A stretch of DNA of 64,000 bases from Arenicellales bacterium (GTDB lineage Bacteria; Pseudomonadota; Gammaproteobacteria; Arenicellales; JAJDZL01), in the NCBI GenBank assembly GCA_965200545.1, contig CBDAUJ010000002.1:1288850-1352849 (forward strand), in the 5' to 3' direction. The notes beneath the pieces are model-generated. The model did no database searches and was not told where the DNA came from. It was given only the letters and a program-made list of their open reading frames with translations. Each line of letters begins with the position of its first letter. Positions within the stretch are counted from its first letter, which is position 1. Positions 38,896 through 48,651 of the stretch are shown one piece after another. A program made the position numbers and the translations under genes.

Positions 38896-40179
38896 GGGGA
38901 TTATATACTTGACTAAACCAGTGAAATATTTTCCCGAAAATCGGCTGTCTATAGAATTATTTTGCTCTGTGCGGAGCTTTGCCATCGGCTTTCTCGCCGC
39001 GACGGCCGGTCTTCAGCGGCGATGCCGCCAGCACCCGGCGCGCCAGCTGCCTGGCGCGCAAATGCTGCTCGGCGCTGATGCTGTCCACACCTTGGTCGTC
39101 TCTGGCGCCGTGCCCGCCTCGCATCAGCGCAATCGGCCATCCTTGCCGCCGGTCAGATCACGGTGCATCAAGCGGCGCCCGACAAGCCCCGCCACAATGG
39201 CCGCCATCTGGTCGGCAGTGTCAAACTCACGGATATTGTGACGGCCGGCAAACTCGCCCACATACCGGCCCAGGTGCTTGGAGCTGATCTTGTGATAGGT
39301 TCCTTTGTGCGCGCGCTTGAGCATCGACCAGAAAGACTCGATGCCGTTGACATGCGCATCGCCTGCCGCATACTCGCCCGCCGAATGGCGCACAAACCGG
39401 TGCTTGTAGCCGTCAAGCTCCCGATAGCTGATGAAGTCATCGCTCATGACCTCGACACCGGCCGCGGCGTGGTCGCGGATAAATCCGTGCAAGGTCGGGC
39501 GTGCGGTGTCCTTGATCACCTGCGCGACCACCTGCTTGGAGCGGCGCTCTTTCATCCCGACCACGATGGCCTTGCCGACCCCGCCGCGGCCGGCCTTGAG
39601 CTTGTCTGCATCGTGCTTGTTGCGCTCCAGGCCTCCGATGTAGGTCTCATCCACCTCGACCGCGGACCGCGCCGGCGGCGGCATCTCGCCCGACAAGGCA
39701 TAGCGGATCTTGTGCAGCATGTGCCAGGCCGATTTCTGTGTGATTCCCAAGTCCCGATGCAGCTTCATCGACGACACGCCTTTCAGGCTGGTGGCCACCA
39801 GATAGATTGCGATCGCCCATTTTTGCAGCCCAATGTGAGAGCTCTCCAGCAAGGTGCCGTGGCGGCACGAAAAATGCCTGCGGCAGCTGCGGCACCGGTG
39901 CGGCAGCGGCTTGCCGCTTGGAACCTCGTAGGTGTCGGCGCCGCCGCAGCGGTGGCACACGGCCGCCCCGTCTTCCCAGATGATCGACTCAAACCATTTG
40001 CGCGCCGCCCCCTCGTCGGGAAACATCTCCATGAGCCGCAGCACGGAAATGCCATCGCGATACGCTTTGCCGGGAGCTTTCTGGCTCGGATTCATGGGCC
40101 TTTATTCCATTGCAGATTTTGCCAAGCTTGAGCCGCAATGATATTTTATTCCACTGGTTTAGTCAAGTATATAATCCCC
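38896..40179 (-). mobile_element. IS1595-family insertion sequence, copy B (1284 bp, inverted relative to copy A)
   Basis: It has the same 28-bp IRs as copy A (38896-38923 and 40152-40179). An 8-bp target duplication TAAATTAA lies at 38888-38895 and 40180-40187. Confidence 0.9.
39124..40095 (-). CDS. IS1595-family (ISXO2-like) transposase
   Basis: 323 aa, differing from the copy A protein at 4 residues (R29G, P->S in YALPGE, A->V in AAEVDE, V->A in GDVHVN). Confidence 0.9.
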   Translation of the reverse strand: MNPSQKAPGKAYRDGISVLRLMEMFPDEGAARKWFESIIWEDGAAVCHRCGGADTYEVPSGKPLPHRCRSCRRHFSCRHGTLLESSHIGLQKWAIAIYLVATSLKGVSSMKLHRDLGITQKSAWHMLHKIRYALSGEMPPPARSAVEVDETYIGGLERNKHDADKLKAGRGGVGKAIVVGMKERRSKQVVAQVIKDTARPTLHGFIRDHAAAGVEVMSDDFISYRELDGYKHRFVRHSAGEYAAGDAHVNGIESFWSMLKRAHKGTYHKISSKHLGRYVGEFAGRHNIREFDTADQMAAIVAGLVGRRLMHRDLTGGKDGRLR

Positions 40180-40183
40180 TAAA

Positions 40184-41851
40184 TTAAGCATATATCGCAT
40201 TTAATTTGGCCTGCTGGGAAGAAACTGGCGCAATGGAAGAGTGATTCTTGTCCTTGGGTGAGCTCACTTTCGGCAATTGGAGGATTTGACTTTTTCGGGA
40301 CTTTCCAAGTTGTCCGATGCGCCATTCCACGTCCAAGGGCGAGGCGCGTCCCGATGCAATCAGTTGAAGGCTATGCTCCTCAATGGGGTGTCCGCCAAGA
40401 TTTTGTATCCAGTGTCTGCGCGCCTCGATAAACTCGCCTTGTCGGAACATAGAAAGCATTTGATCGTCTGGAATGACAACTTCCGCGATCAGCGTGCGAC
40501 CAGCAATGCCAGTTCCCAGGCAGTGGCTGCAGCCGCCATCGAGCCGGTAGGCAATATTGCCCGTATCAAGGCCTTTTTTCTCAAGAACACTGACAACACG
40601 GTCGCAGTCGCTTCGCCGGCGACCATGCTTGTTGTCATCTTGGCTGAGCCATTGGGCAGTGTCAATTTTGCAATACTCGCAAAGCAACGGTACCAGTGTC
40701 TGGTAAATCAGGCCTTTGAGCACATCGGGAGTGCAAAGCAGTGTCGGGTCAACGCCGATGCCGATGAGTCGGCTGACGATTGAGGTCGCGGTTGACGCAT
40801 GCAGTGTGGTGTAGACCCGGTGACCGGATTGGGCAAATTTGATTGTGATTACTGCAGATTGAAGATCGCGAATCTCACCGACCATAAGCGTGTCAGGGTC
40901 GCAGCGCAATGCGGCTCGGATCGCGGATGAAAAGTCATCATCCGTCCGGGAGCCTCGCTTGCGAACGACGGGCACCTGTGTGGCATTGGGAATTACTCTC
41001 TCGGGTGGATCCTCGACTGTGATGATGCGCAGGCGATGGTCGTGGATTTCAAGCTCTCGATGAAGCATGCCGACGATGGAGGTGCTTTTGCCGCTGCCGA
41101 CACTGCCCGCCATCACTACGAGTCCCGAGGGTCGGGTCGTGAGCGCATAAATGGACTGAATCTGCTCCGATGAGTAACCCAGATTCTCAAGCTTGAGTGT
41201 TTCGCTGCCGCCCGGCAGAATTCGCAATACCATGTCGTAACCGTCGGGTGATGCCGGGATGGTGCCAATTCGCACTCGTACTCTCCGGCCGCTGGGCAAA
41301 ACTGTATCAACGACAGCGTCCTGCGGTTCGTGACGATTCCACGTGACTTCCTGATCATTGCCCATCACCTCATAAATAAAGCGGCATGTTTGGTCTGTGA
41401 ATTGCCCGCTCCAGTCAGCGATGGGGGTGATTTGTCCATCAACCCGAAAACTAATGGAAGCGGTTCGCTGTCGTCTGACAATGTGAATGTCAGATGCACC
41501 TTCGGAGACCGCTCTGCTGAGCAGTGCCAGAACGGAGTCCAGCGCTCTTTCATAGTCGACATCGATTGTCCCCGCCTGCGCAGAGATATCGGCGTTTGCA
41601 TAAATCGTCTCAAGGTCACTGGGAGCGACTTTGATTTGGTCGATAATCTGGATATTCTGCAGTTTCAGGTTTTCTCTCAACTGTGCTTTCAGACGTGCTG
41701 GAAACTGCAATCCGGTAAACAGAATATACGCAGCAGTCGGCGGATCATCTTCGGATACAGCGGCGTAGTATGCTCGCTCAGCTTCATTGATTGGAATCAG
41801 CGCGCCGCTGCTTCCAGTCAGCACTTTCTTGTAGTAAGGCAGATTACTCAT
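40184..41851 (-). CDS. pilQ: type IVb pilus assembly ATPase PilQ (GspE family)
   Basis: 555 aa with Walker A GSVGSGKST, the Asp/His boxes of secretion ATPases, and a C-terminal tetracysteine (CEYC...CSHC). Confidence 0.85.
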   Translation of the reverse strand: MSNLPYYKKVLTGSSGALIPINEAERAYYAAVSEDDPPTAAYILFTGLQFPARLKAQLRENLKLQNIQIIDQIKVAPSDLETIYANADISAQAGTIDVDYERALDSVLALLSRAVSEGASDIHIVRRQRTASISFRVDGQITPIADWSGQFTDQTCRFIYEVMGNDQEVTWNRHEPQDAVVDTVLPSGRRVRVRIGTIPASPDGYDMVLRILPGGSETLKLENLGYSSEQIQSIYALTTRPSGLVVMAGSVGSGKSTSIVGMLHRELEIHDHRLRIITVEDPPERVIPNATQVPVVRKRGSRTDDDFSSAIRAALRCDPDTLMVGEIRDLQSAVITIKFAQSGHRVYTTLHASTATSIVSRLIGIGVDPTLLCTPDVLKGLIYQTLVPLLCEYCKIDTAQWLSQDDNKHGRRRSDCDRVVSVLEKKGLDTGNIAYRLDGGCSHCLGTGIAGRTLIAEVVIPDDQMLSMFRQGEFIEARRHWIQNLGGHPIEEHSLQLIASGRASPLDVEWRIGQLGKSRKSQILQLPKVSSPKDKNHSSIAPVSSQQAKLNAIYA

Positions 41852-42368
41852 TGAGCTGGGACTCTCGAAGCTTAGAGCGGCCAGCCAATCCGACCTCGAA
41901 ACTATGGTTCAGAACATCGAAGATGACTTTGCGCGGGAGTACGTCGACAATCTTTGCCTGCCGCACTGAATCCCCTCGCTGCAATCGGTATTCACGGTCT
42001 CCAAGTCGCACATACGCAGTCAGAGTATCAGCGCCGCCCGCGATTGCGTACACTTCAATTTCCTGTTCAAACCAGGTTGCCTGCTCCGCGGACAAGTCTG
42101 ATTCAGATGGCGGTTGCGGTTGGGTGCTCACAGGCATCGGGGGTGTGAACACAGTATCCAGATGAGTCTGAATTTCTGTGATCCGTAATGAGAGTTCCAG
42201 ATATTCAAGCAGTTTCGATTGAATATCCCTTTGGTTTTCCAAGCAGTCGATAATCTCAATCGTGCCATCAGCCTCGCGGCACTCGCTCGGCAGCCGGGTC
42301 GCTTCTGCCTTTGCTGACAAGCAGAAACTGAGACAAACGATCGCTGTCAAATCAATGAATTTTTGCAT
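41844..42368 (-). CDS. pilP: type IVb pilus biogenesis protein PilP-like
   Basis: Signal peptide MQKFIDLTAIVCLSFCLSAKA after the start was trimmed. It sits between pilO and pilQ. Confidence 0.55.
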   Translation of the reverse strand: MQKFIDLTAIVCLSFCLSAKAEATRLPSECREADGTIEIIDCLENQRDIQSKLLEYLELSLRITEIQTHLDTVFTPPMPVSTQPQPPSESDLSAEQATWFEQEIEVYAIAGGADTLTAYVRLGDREYRLQRGDSVRQAKIVDVLPRKVIFDVLNHSFEVGLAGRSKLRESQLNE

Positions 42369-43566
42369 AATATTGACCCTCAATTTCCCACTTGAATTGA
42401 TCTTCAAGGTGTACTTTGATGCGCTCGACAATCAGCGGCATTGCGCTGATTGTTTCTGCAAATTCGAATGCGTTATTCAGGCGGCTTGCAGTTCCATTGA
42501 GTCCTGAAGCGCTGATGGCATAGAATTGTCCTGCTTTGGTCTGTTTGCCCAGTGTCCAGATGCCAGGCAATCGCGCGAGCATGTCAATGATGGCATGCCG
42601 GTCGCGATGTCTGTTGAGCAGTATGTCGATGGGCACAGCCGGCGCAGTCATGTATACAGGCAAGTCAAAACGCTCGAGAACAGTGCCGGATGACTCCTCG
42701 AGCGCATAGTCTTTTGACACCAGATAGCTGGCGATACTCGCGATGCTGCCATGCGCTTTTTTCCACACCACCGTGACAATTCCGTCTTGCCATTCGTAGG
42801 AAACGCTTTTCCACCCGGCTGCTCTGAGAGGGCGCGTGGAAATCAGCTCGGCAAGCCGCGCCAGCAGCGATCCATAGTTATGGTTGAGTTTTTCAGTGTA
42901 ACGGGCAATTTCTGCTTGCTGGAGTTCCATTTGGCTGGCCTGCTCCATGGTTTCGATCTGGTCTCGCTGCATGAAGTATTCTATGGCGATGTACATTGAC
43001 AGTGCGGTCGCAGCGAGTGTGGCGGCTGCGATGATGGGTCTTTTGCGGTTGCGGAATTCAATCAGGCGGCAATCGATGCCTTCCGGCAGCGATACCTGGT
43101 CAACCAAGTCGGTAAATTTGGCATGCGTGACAGTGGATACATTGGAGAACCGGCAGGTACTGTAGAGTTCAATATCGGTGCCTTTGATATCCGATTGAAT
43201 TTCATCCAGACGAGTGCTGATGAGGTCTTTGTTTCCTATAAGGTCGCCGGCTGGAAAAATTGCACCGTCTTCTGTCGCACACAGCCAAAATAGATCGTCG
43301 CTGAGTTGCTCGACAAGCACAATCGACGGTTGCGACTGGGCCAGCCAGGCGGCAGCGCTGTTGACACCTATATCGGCAGTATCTGCGGTCGTGCCGATTT
43401 GGGTTCCCAGCGTATTGTGAATACTGACGTAGCCGGTCGGTGTCGGAATGATGGACTTGAGGTATTTCAGTTTGCGCGCTTTACTGCTCGCTTGCGGAAC
43501 CGAAGCCGGCGGCAGCCAACTGAATCCGAATGCAAGTTTTTGGGTTCCAATCTGATGAACGGACAT
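42352..43566 (-). CDS. pilO: type IVb pilus biogenesis protein PilO-like
   Basis: 404 aa with one central TM, between the secretin and pilP as in R64/PAPI-1 pil clusters. Confidence 0.55.
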   Translation of the reverse strand: MSVHQIGTQKLAFGFSWLPPASVPQASSKARKLKYLKSIIPTPTGYVSIHNTLGTQIGTTADTADIGVNSAAAWLAQSQPSIVLVEQLSDDLFWLCATEDGAIFPAGDLIGNKDLISTRLDEIQSDIKGTDIELYSTCRFSNVSTVTHAKFTDLVDQVSLPEGIDCRLIEFRNRKRPIIAAATLAATALSMYIAIEYFMQRDQIETMEQASQMELQQAEIARYTEKLNHNYGSLLARLAELISTRPLRAAGWKSVSYEWQDGIVTVVWKKAHGSIASIASYLVSKDYALEESSGTVLERFDLPVYMTAPAVPIDILLNRHRDRHAIIDMLARLPGIWTLGKQTKAGQFYAISASGLNGTASRLNNAFEFAETISAMPLIVERIKVHLEDQFKWEIEGQYYAKIH

Positions 43567-45213
43567 TTAACGAATTCTGTTGTTGATTGCGACAAAATCA
43601 GTTGAGGGTGGAATAATTCGCGGTGTGATCAGCATCACTAGACTGGAGCGACGATTCTCAAGTTTTTTGCTACTGGACAGAATTCCGCTGCTTGTTTTGT
43701 TGTTGGTTCGAACAGTATCAAGGCCAGCGACGAATAATGTTTCCCCTGAACGCAGCAGCACTGGCAGCAGGATCGATCGGGTTTCCAGCTCAGGAAGTTG
43801 AATGGAAGGCTGGTCACTGCTTGGATTTTCAGGAAATTTGGAAATATTTTTGATTACAGTGGTGCGCATTGTGATGTTCATCATCATTTGGTTTGTGTTC
43901 GGCAGCACTCTGGGCAAAACGTTGAGTGCGACGCCGTCTTGCAACTGTCCAGGAACCAAACGGATGGTCGTGCCGCCGTCTTCTGTCACGACATCACGGC
44001 GCTGAAGGTAAGATCGCTCATCTCCAAAAAAGACGGGTATTGGCTGTCCGTTGATCCCGCGCAGTACGGTCGAAGTCAATTTTGAAACCCGTGCTCCACC
44101 TGCAGCGTTCTCTAATTTCAGTGTCAGATCCGCGGTATCAATTGTGCCGCCTTCCTGGTGTTGAAAAACCAGACCGAAAGCGTTGCCGCCTTCACTGCTG
44201 CTGAAATCGATTCTCCCGGAACTTTTGCCAAAAGCTTCCTGTGCAAATCCTGCAAAGTTGAAGCCTGAGCTGCCTTCTTCGGAACGGTCTATCTCATACA
44301 AATCAATGTTTATCAGCACTTGCGTAGCGAGTTCTTGGTTCTTGGCGATTACCCAGCTGTCTATGCGTTCCAAGACTTCTGGTATATCCACCGCAGTAAG
44401 TTCCCCCGACACGCGGTTGATCGCGACCTTGCCTGCCGTGGACAGCATGTTTGCAATTGACTTTTCGATCTCTTGCCAGAAATCTGCAGTGTCCATGGAT
44501 ACCACCACCTGGTCTCGAGCTTGCAGATTTGAGCCGCCATCCCCGCTGCGCGCGGACCCTGAAAGTCCAACAGAGGCCTGCCATTGAGTAACCACATTGG
44601 GTGAAAAAATAAGCCATGTGGCTAAATCCGTGAAGTACACTTCCACCTGATTGTCCAAATAACGCCAGTTCAGGCCGTAAGTTGCTGTGATGTAATCGAA
44701 GGCTTCCTGCGCGGTGCCGCTCCATTGAATTTCTGCAATGTCGATGGCGGGTACATCTTCACGCACACTAACGGGCACGCCAATTTTCACGGCGATCAGT
44801 TGCAAAATCGCTCGGAGACTTATCGTCTCAACGTACGCAATGCGGATGTTCTGATAGAGGTTTTGCGGAACAGCGGAAGATCCGGTTTTAATTCGGACAG
44901 GCTGACGCGGGCCAAACCATGACTCTGGCGATACTTCCGTCAGTGAGCCCGTCGTCTGCTGCTGCGCTGATTTGCGTCCTGCCTGAATGCCTGACTCAAC
45001 CTGAGTTGCTATCTGATCAGATGGATTTGTCAGCCATTCTGGGTAACTGCATCCGGCGAGCGCGATCAGCGAAACGCCACAGGCAGCGGCTGCAATCTTT
45101 CGTTGCCAGCAAATGCCGGATCGAGATTGTGCTGGGCACGAAGACAGCAAAAACAAACCTGATGAATGGGTTTTGTACAACCGGATGCACTGAGTGCTAT
45201 TTTTCAATTTCAT
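43567..45213 (-). CDS. pilN: type IVb pilus secretin lipoprotein PilN
   Basis: 548 aa with lipobox LAGCS and a C-terminal secretin domain ending ...SSLVMLITPRII. Confidence 0.75.
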   Translation of the reverse strand: MKLKNSTQCIRLYKTHSSGLFLLSSCPAQSRSGICWQRKIAAAACGVSLIALAGCSYPEWLTNPSDQIATQVESGIQAGRKSAQQQTTGSLTEVSPESWFGPRQPVRIKTGSSAVPQNLYQNIRIAYVETISLRAILQLIAVKIGVPVSVREDVPAIDIAEIQWSGTAQEAFDYITATYGLNWRYLDNQVEVYFTDLATWLIFSPNVVTQWQASVGLSGSARSGDGGSNLQARDQVVVSMDTADFWQEIEKSIANMLSTAGKVAINRVSGELTAVDIPEVLERIDSWVIAKNQELATQVLINIDLYEIDRSEEGSSGFNFAGFAQEAFGKSSGRIDFSSSEGGNAFGLVFQHQEGGTIDTADLTLKLENAAGGARVSKLTSTVLRGINGQPIPVFFGDERSYLQRRDVVTEDGGTTIRLVPGQLQDGVALNVLPRVLPNTNQMMMNITMRTTVIKNISKFPENPSSDQPSIQLPELETRSILLPVLLRSGETLFVAGLDTVRTNNKTSSGILSSSKKLENRRSSLVMLITPRIIPPSTDFVAINNRIR

Positions 45214-45219
45214 GTGCTG

Positions 45220-46047
45220 CTACCGTCCAGTCTGGGATCGAGGTTCAACCCGAAGTACCTTGTTGCCGCCGTAGAAAGTGGCTTTCAGAGGAATTGGCGC
45301 GCTGCGGTAGTGTTCAAGTACCTGGTTGACCGCGTCGGACAATGTGCCATGAAACGAAGTTGAGTGCTGAATCTGATAGTCATGCTGACTTCCCCATGCG
45401 AGAGACCAATTCACAGAACTGGCCCACCTGTGAAGGTTTTCTCGCAGCGACCCGGAGGTATCGAGCGTCCATGCCTGCTGAATAAATATCGTGGCTGAAT
45501 CACTCGGCTGGTCATAGCTGATGTGCGTTTCATTTTGAGGAGTCAATTGGTTTGCAGACCCGCTGGAAATGGCATTGCCGGGCTGCTCCAGCGTGAAATC
45601 TGGCGGCGCGCCGGCCAATTGAAACCAGATTACACGTCGTCTGCGGTCTTCTTTAAGTCGCCAAGAGCTTCCGACGATTGTCTGCAATGCTGACCGGATG
45701 TCAGTTGGACCGATTTTTCGGTGTGAACTTGGCAGCGGCAGGTGCAGCGAATGCTCGATATCTTTGGTCGCCAAATGCCGGTATCCTGAGCGATGCAGGA
45801 TATAGTCGATAGAGTCGCTGACTGTATGGACTTGTTTTGGAAACCGAGTTTCGATGATGGCCGAAAGCAGATCAACCTGGTCGCTGCTCGGACTGAGCGC
45901 ATGCAAGGTATATCGTGCATGATGTTCGCTGTCGGTCGCAGCAGCGTGAGTGGCTGATGCGATAAGGCAGGCGGCCACTCGCAAGAAGAATTTGAGTTGT
46001 ATCGGATACATGGATGCTAATTTGCACCTTCTGTGCAAAATGTTCAA
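45220..46047 (-). CDS. pilL: conjugative transfer region protein PilL (TcpQ-like C-terminal domain)
   Basis: 275 aa with a signal peptide and a C-terminal TcpQ-type block (RENLHRWASSVNWSLAW...). It is the first gene of the pil cluster. Confidence 0.6.
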   Translation of the reverse strand: MNILHRRCKLASMYPIQLKFFLRVAACLIASATHAAATDSEHHARYTLHALSPSSDQVDLLSAIIETRFPKQVHTVSDSIDYILHRSGYRHLATKDIEHSLHLPLPSSHRKIGPTDIRSALQTIVGSSWRLKEDRRRRVIWFQLAGAPPDFTLEQPGNAISSGSANQLTPQNETHISYDQPSDSATIFIQQAWTLDTSGSLRENLHRWASSVNWSLAWGSQHDYQIQHSTSFHGTLSDAVNQVLEHYRSAPIPLKATFYGGNKVLRVEPRSQTGR

Positions 46048-46089
46048 AGATTAATTCAATATTTCGCGAAGAGGTATTTTGTCCACATG

Positions 46090-47034
46090 TCAGTGACAGG
46101 ACGTTTGGCAATATTGGTCTCCGTAGGCGGACTCTCCCATCAGGTAGCACCGTGCTTTCCAAGCTTCTGAGGAGCTGTCGAAAATTGCTCTTGGATCGTT
46201 TTCCAGTTTCTTGATCCAAGACAGAACATAAGCCTCGTGCTGATGGTGACCGGGAATTCCAAATTCGGCGCAAAGGAAAGCAGAGCCAATTTCTGCGATC
46301 ATTTCTTCATAGGCATATCGGTTTACGTCGATAGCTGATGCATGGGTAATTCCAGGGCGGTTCAATCGATTGCGGTGCCCCGTCCAGTGCGTCAATTCAT
46401 GCAGCAAGGTGGTGTAATAGCCTGATGTCGACTCGAAAGCAGTTTTAGATGGCATGAAAATAGTGTCTTTTTCAGCGCTGTAATATGCATCTTTTTTTCC
46501 GAATCGCAGCCGTACACTGTGCGTCGTGATCAGTCTGTCGGCTTGCTGATGGCGTTCCCAAGCGGATTTCAGCAGTGTCGGCTCAGGTTTGCCCTTCACG
46601 ATTTCTTCAGGCAGCCCAATGCACTGCTGGACATTGAAAAGGGTAAAACCGCGTATCATTTTGATGCGTTTGATATTGTTATGAGCCAACTCTGAGCTTG
46701 AATCAGGGTCTCCGTGTTTGCCTGGCACATTGATATATCGGAATAAAATTGCTGCCGTTCCTTTTTCGCCCCGACGAATCTTTCCGCCAGCAGTTTGAGC
46801 CTGTCTGAAAGTAAGCCAGCGATCGATTTCGAACCCCTGGACCGCCGCGGAGGCCCACAAGATAGTTACGTTAACGCCGCTGTATTTTCTCGCCGAGACT
46901 GCATTGGTGGGGCGTCCCGCGTAAGGCATATTGGTACTCCAAGGCTTGCACCAGGGCGGTGCGCCTTTAGTCAGCGCGGTGATGAATTGATCGGTCACTG
47001 TTTGATAAATCTTGTTGATACTGTTCGCTGCCAT
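46090..47034 (-). CDS. ardC: ArdC-like antirestriction protein (ssDNA-binding N-domain + zincin metalloprotease)
   Basis: 314 aa. The N-terminal part resembles DUF1738 and the C-terminal part carries the HExxH motif LLHELTHWTGH. Confidence 0.7.
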   Translation of the reverse strand: MAANSINKIYQTVTDQFITALTKGAPPWCKPWSTNMPYAGRPTNAVSARKYSGVNVTILWASAAVQGFEIDRWLTFRQAQTAGGKIRRGEKGTAAILFRYINVPGKHGDPDSSSELAHNNIKRIKMIRGFTLFNVQQCIGLPEEIVKGKPEPTLLKSAWERHQQADRLITTHSVRLRFGKKDAYYSAEKDTIFMPSKTAFESTSGYYTTLLHELTHWTGHRNRLNRPGITHASAIDVNRYAYEEMIAEIGSAFLCAEFGIPGHHQHEAYVLSWIKKLENDPRAIFDSSSEAWKARCYLMGESAYGDQYCQTSCH

Positions 47035-47198
47035 GGCTGTGCACTGTGGTGAGTGATAAGAGTGTCGGTATCAGCATACCTCCTGCCAATTGCATGGCAA
47101 AACAAAAAACCGGTTTCGCACAACGGACAATTGTCAATTATCCTGGGGTGAGGGAAATCAATCACATAGAAAGTGATTGATGCGAGTTTTAAACAGTT

Positions 47199-48533
47199 TC
47201 AGAATTTATCGTCTTGCTCTCTTTCTCGTGTGATTCTAAGTCTTTCCAGCAGCTGCTTATGATGCGTGTCTTCCGCATTTTTGAGTGCGTTCAGGTGCTT
47301 GGCGGCAGTTGCGCGGGATTCAAGTGTGCTGTATGCCAATTCAAGCTGGAATTGCCCTGCCTCTCGCAAGCCAATGCCGTTGTCAATGAGTCGTCTGCAG
47401 TATGTTGAAAATAGGGAAACCGGATTCCATACGATTGAGCTTTTGTTTTCCGAGCCTGCTTGCAGTCGGCCGTCAAGCTCGTCGAGCAGCAATTGTGCCC
47501 AAGTTCGCCATGGCGCGGGCGGCGGTGGCAGATCTTTAGGCAGCCGAAGCAGATGTAAGCCGATCAGCTGGATCTGATTGTCACTCAGTGACTTTGGGAA
47601 GATGAGGTCAGTCAGTTCACGGTTCATTTCGCTGACGTGTGCATAGTGGTATTTTTCTTCTGCTAGATTTTTTTCAAAACCGCTAGAACTACGACTACAA
47701 CCACTACTACTATGATTTAGTCTTGGTTCGGTTCGGTTCATCTTGCGTCCGAAGTTCACCTCAGCTTTACCGCGGTTTGCAGACTGAACTTCGGTGTTCG
47801 ATACACCGCAGTTCATTTCCTGAACTTCGGTTGATTCAACCTTTATGCCTCGATAAAGTCCCGCCAGTGTGTTGGGATTTGAAGCTGTTGACTGAGCGCC
47901 GGTCGCTGATGTAACGGCGTTACGCTGCTGCGCCGCCAACGCGTCCCAAGTCATTTTGCGGCGTTCGAAAGGATGCGGCTCGTCCATTAGATCGTAGTCG
48001 CTGTCCAGCTCTCGGTCAATTGAGCTTAGAATCATCTCTGATATTTTCCGCGTATCCGAATTTCGATGCTGCCGACAGTCATTCAAATAGCTCATGTAAT
48101 TTGAATCGACATCCATCGTGTCTGCCAGACTAAGCGGTTCACCATGTACCAGGTAGATATTTCCGTCTCTCGAGAATTGACCGCTGGCGTTGCGCACCTG
48201 CTCCCGGCATACCAGCGTGATCCAGCGGGTTACTCTCAGCTTGGCAATTGAGCTTGAAACTGTGGCTCTTGAGACGTGCAGACATGATTGAATGTCATTG
48301 TAGCTGGGGAATGCTGCGAGAGACAGGGCAGGTGAGCAGAATGTTCTGATTGTCATCCAGATGAGTTTGTCATAAGGCGTCAGAATAGGGTCAAAAAGCA
48401 GCAGGCGTGGATGTGAATCATACCAATTGTCGGTGTAGATCATCCCCGACTGTGACCGATCTGCATTGCGAAAATTTTCGATTGCACACAAAATTTGCTG
48501 GAAATTCTCATGCGGTTTATTGTATTGAGTCAT
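47199..48533 (-). CDS. pathogenicity-island replication/maintenance protein (STY4528-like), wHTH N-domain
   Basis: 444 aa. Assigned from its position after the DUF2857-like gene and ParB, as in SPI-7/PFGI-1-type islands. Confidence 0.45.
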   Translation of the reverse strand: MTQYNKPHENFQQILCAIENFRNADRSQSGMIYTDNWYDSHPRLLLFDPILTPYDKLIWMTIRTFCSPALSLAAFPSYNDIQSCLHVSRATVSSSIAKLRVTRWITLVCREQVRNASGQFSRDGNIYLVHGEPLSLADTMDVDSNYMSYLNDCRQHRNSDTRKISEMILSSIDRELDSDYDLMDEPHPFERRKMTWDALAAQQRNAVTSATGAQSTASNPNTLAGLYRGIKVESTEVQEMNCGVSNTEVQSANRGKAEVNFGRKMNRTEPRLNHSSSGCSRSSSGFEKNLAEEKYHYAHVSEMNRELTDLIFPKSLSDNQIQLIGLHLLRLPKDLPPPPAPWRTWAQLLLDELDGRLQAGSENKSSIVWNPVSLFSTYCRRLIDNGIGLREAGQFQLELAYSTLESRATAAKHLNALKNAEDTHHKQLLERLRITREREQDDKF

Positions 48534-48651
48534 AGGGAACCTCGCATAAGGCTGAACGGGTCAATAACAAGAGTCAGAGGTGTAATTGGGTAAACCCATT
48601 GCAAAGGCACTTATGCGAGATTCACATTCGAAAAGCATGAGTATGGATATC

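Noticed and set aside
8921-40179. The two IS1595 copies forming a composite transposon that moved birA, ppx and half the ICE as a unit.
   Set aside because: Each copy has its own matching 8-bp target duplication. A composite transposition would instead give one duplication shared between the outer ends.
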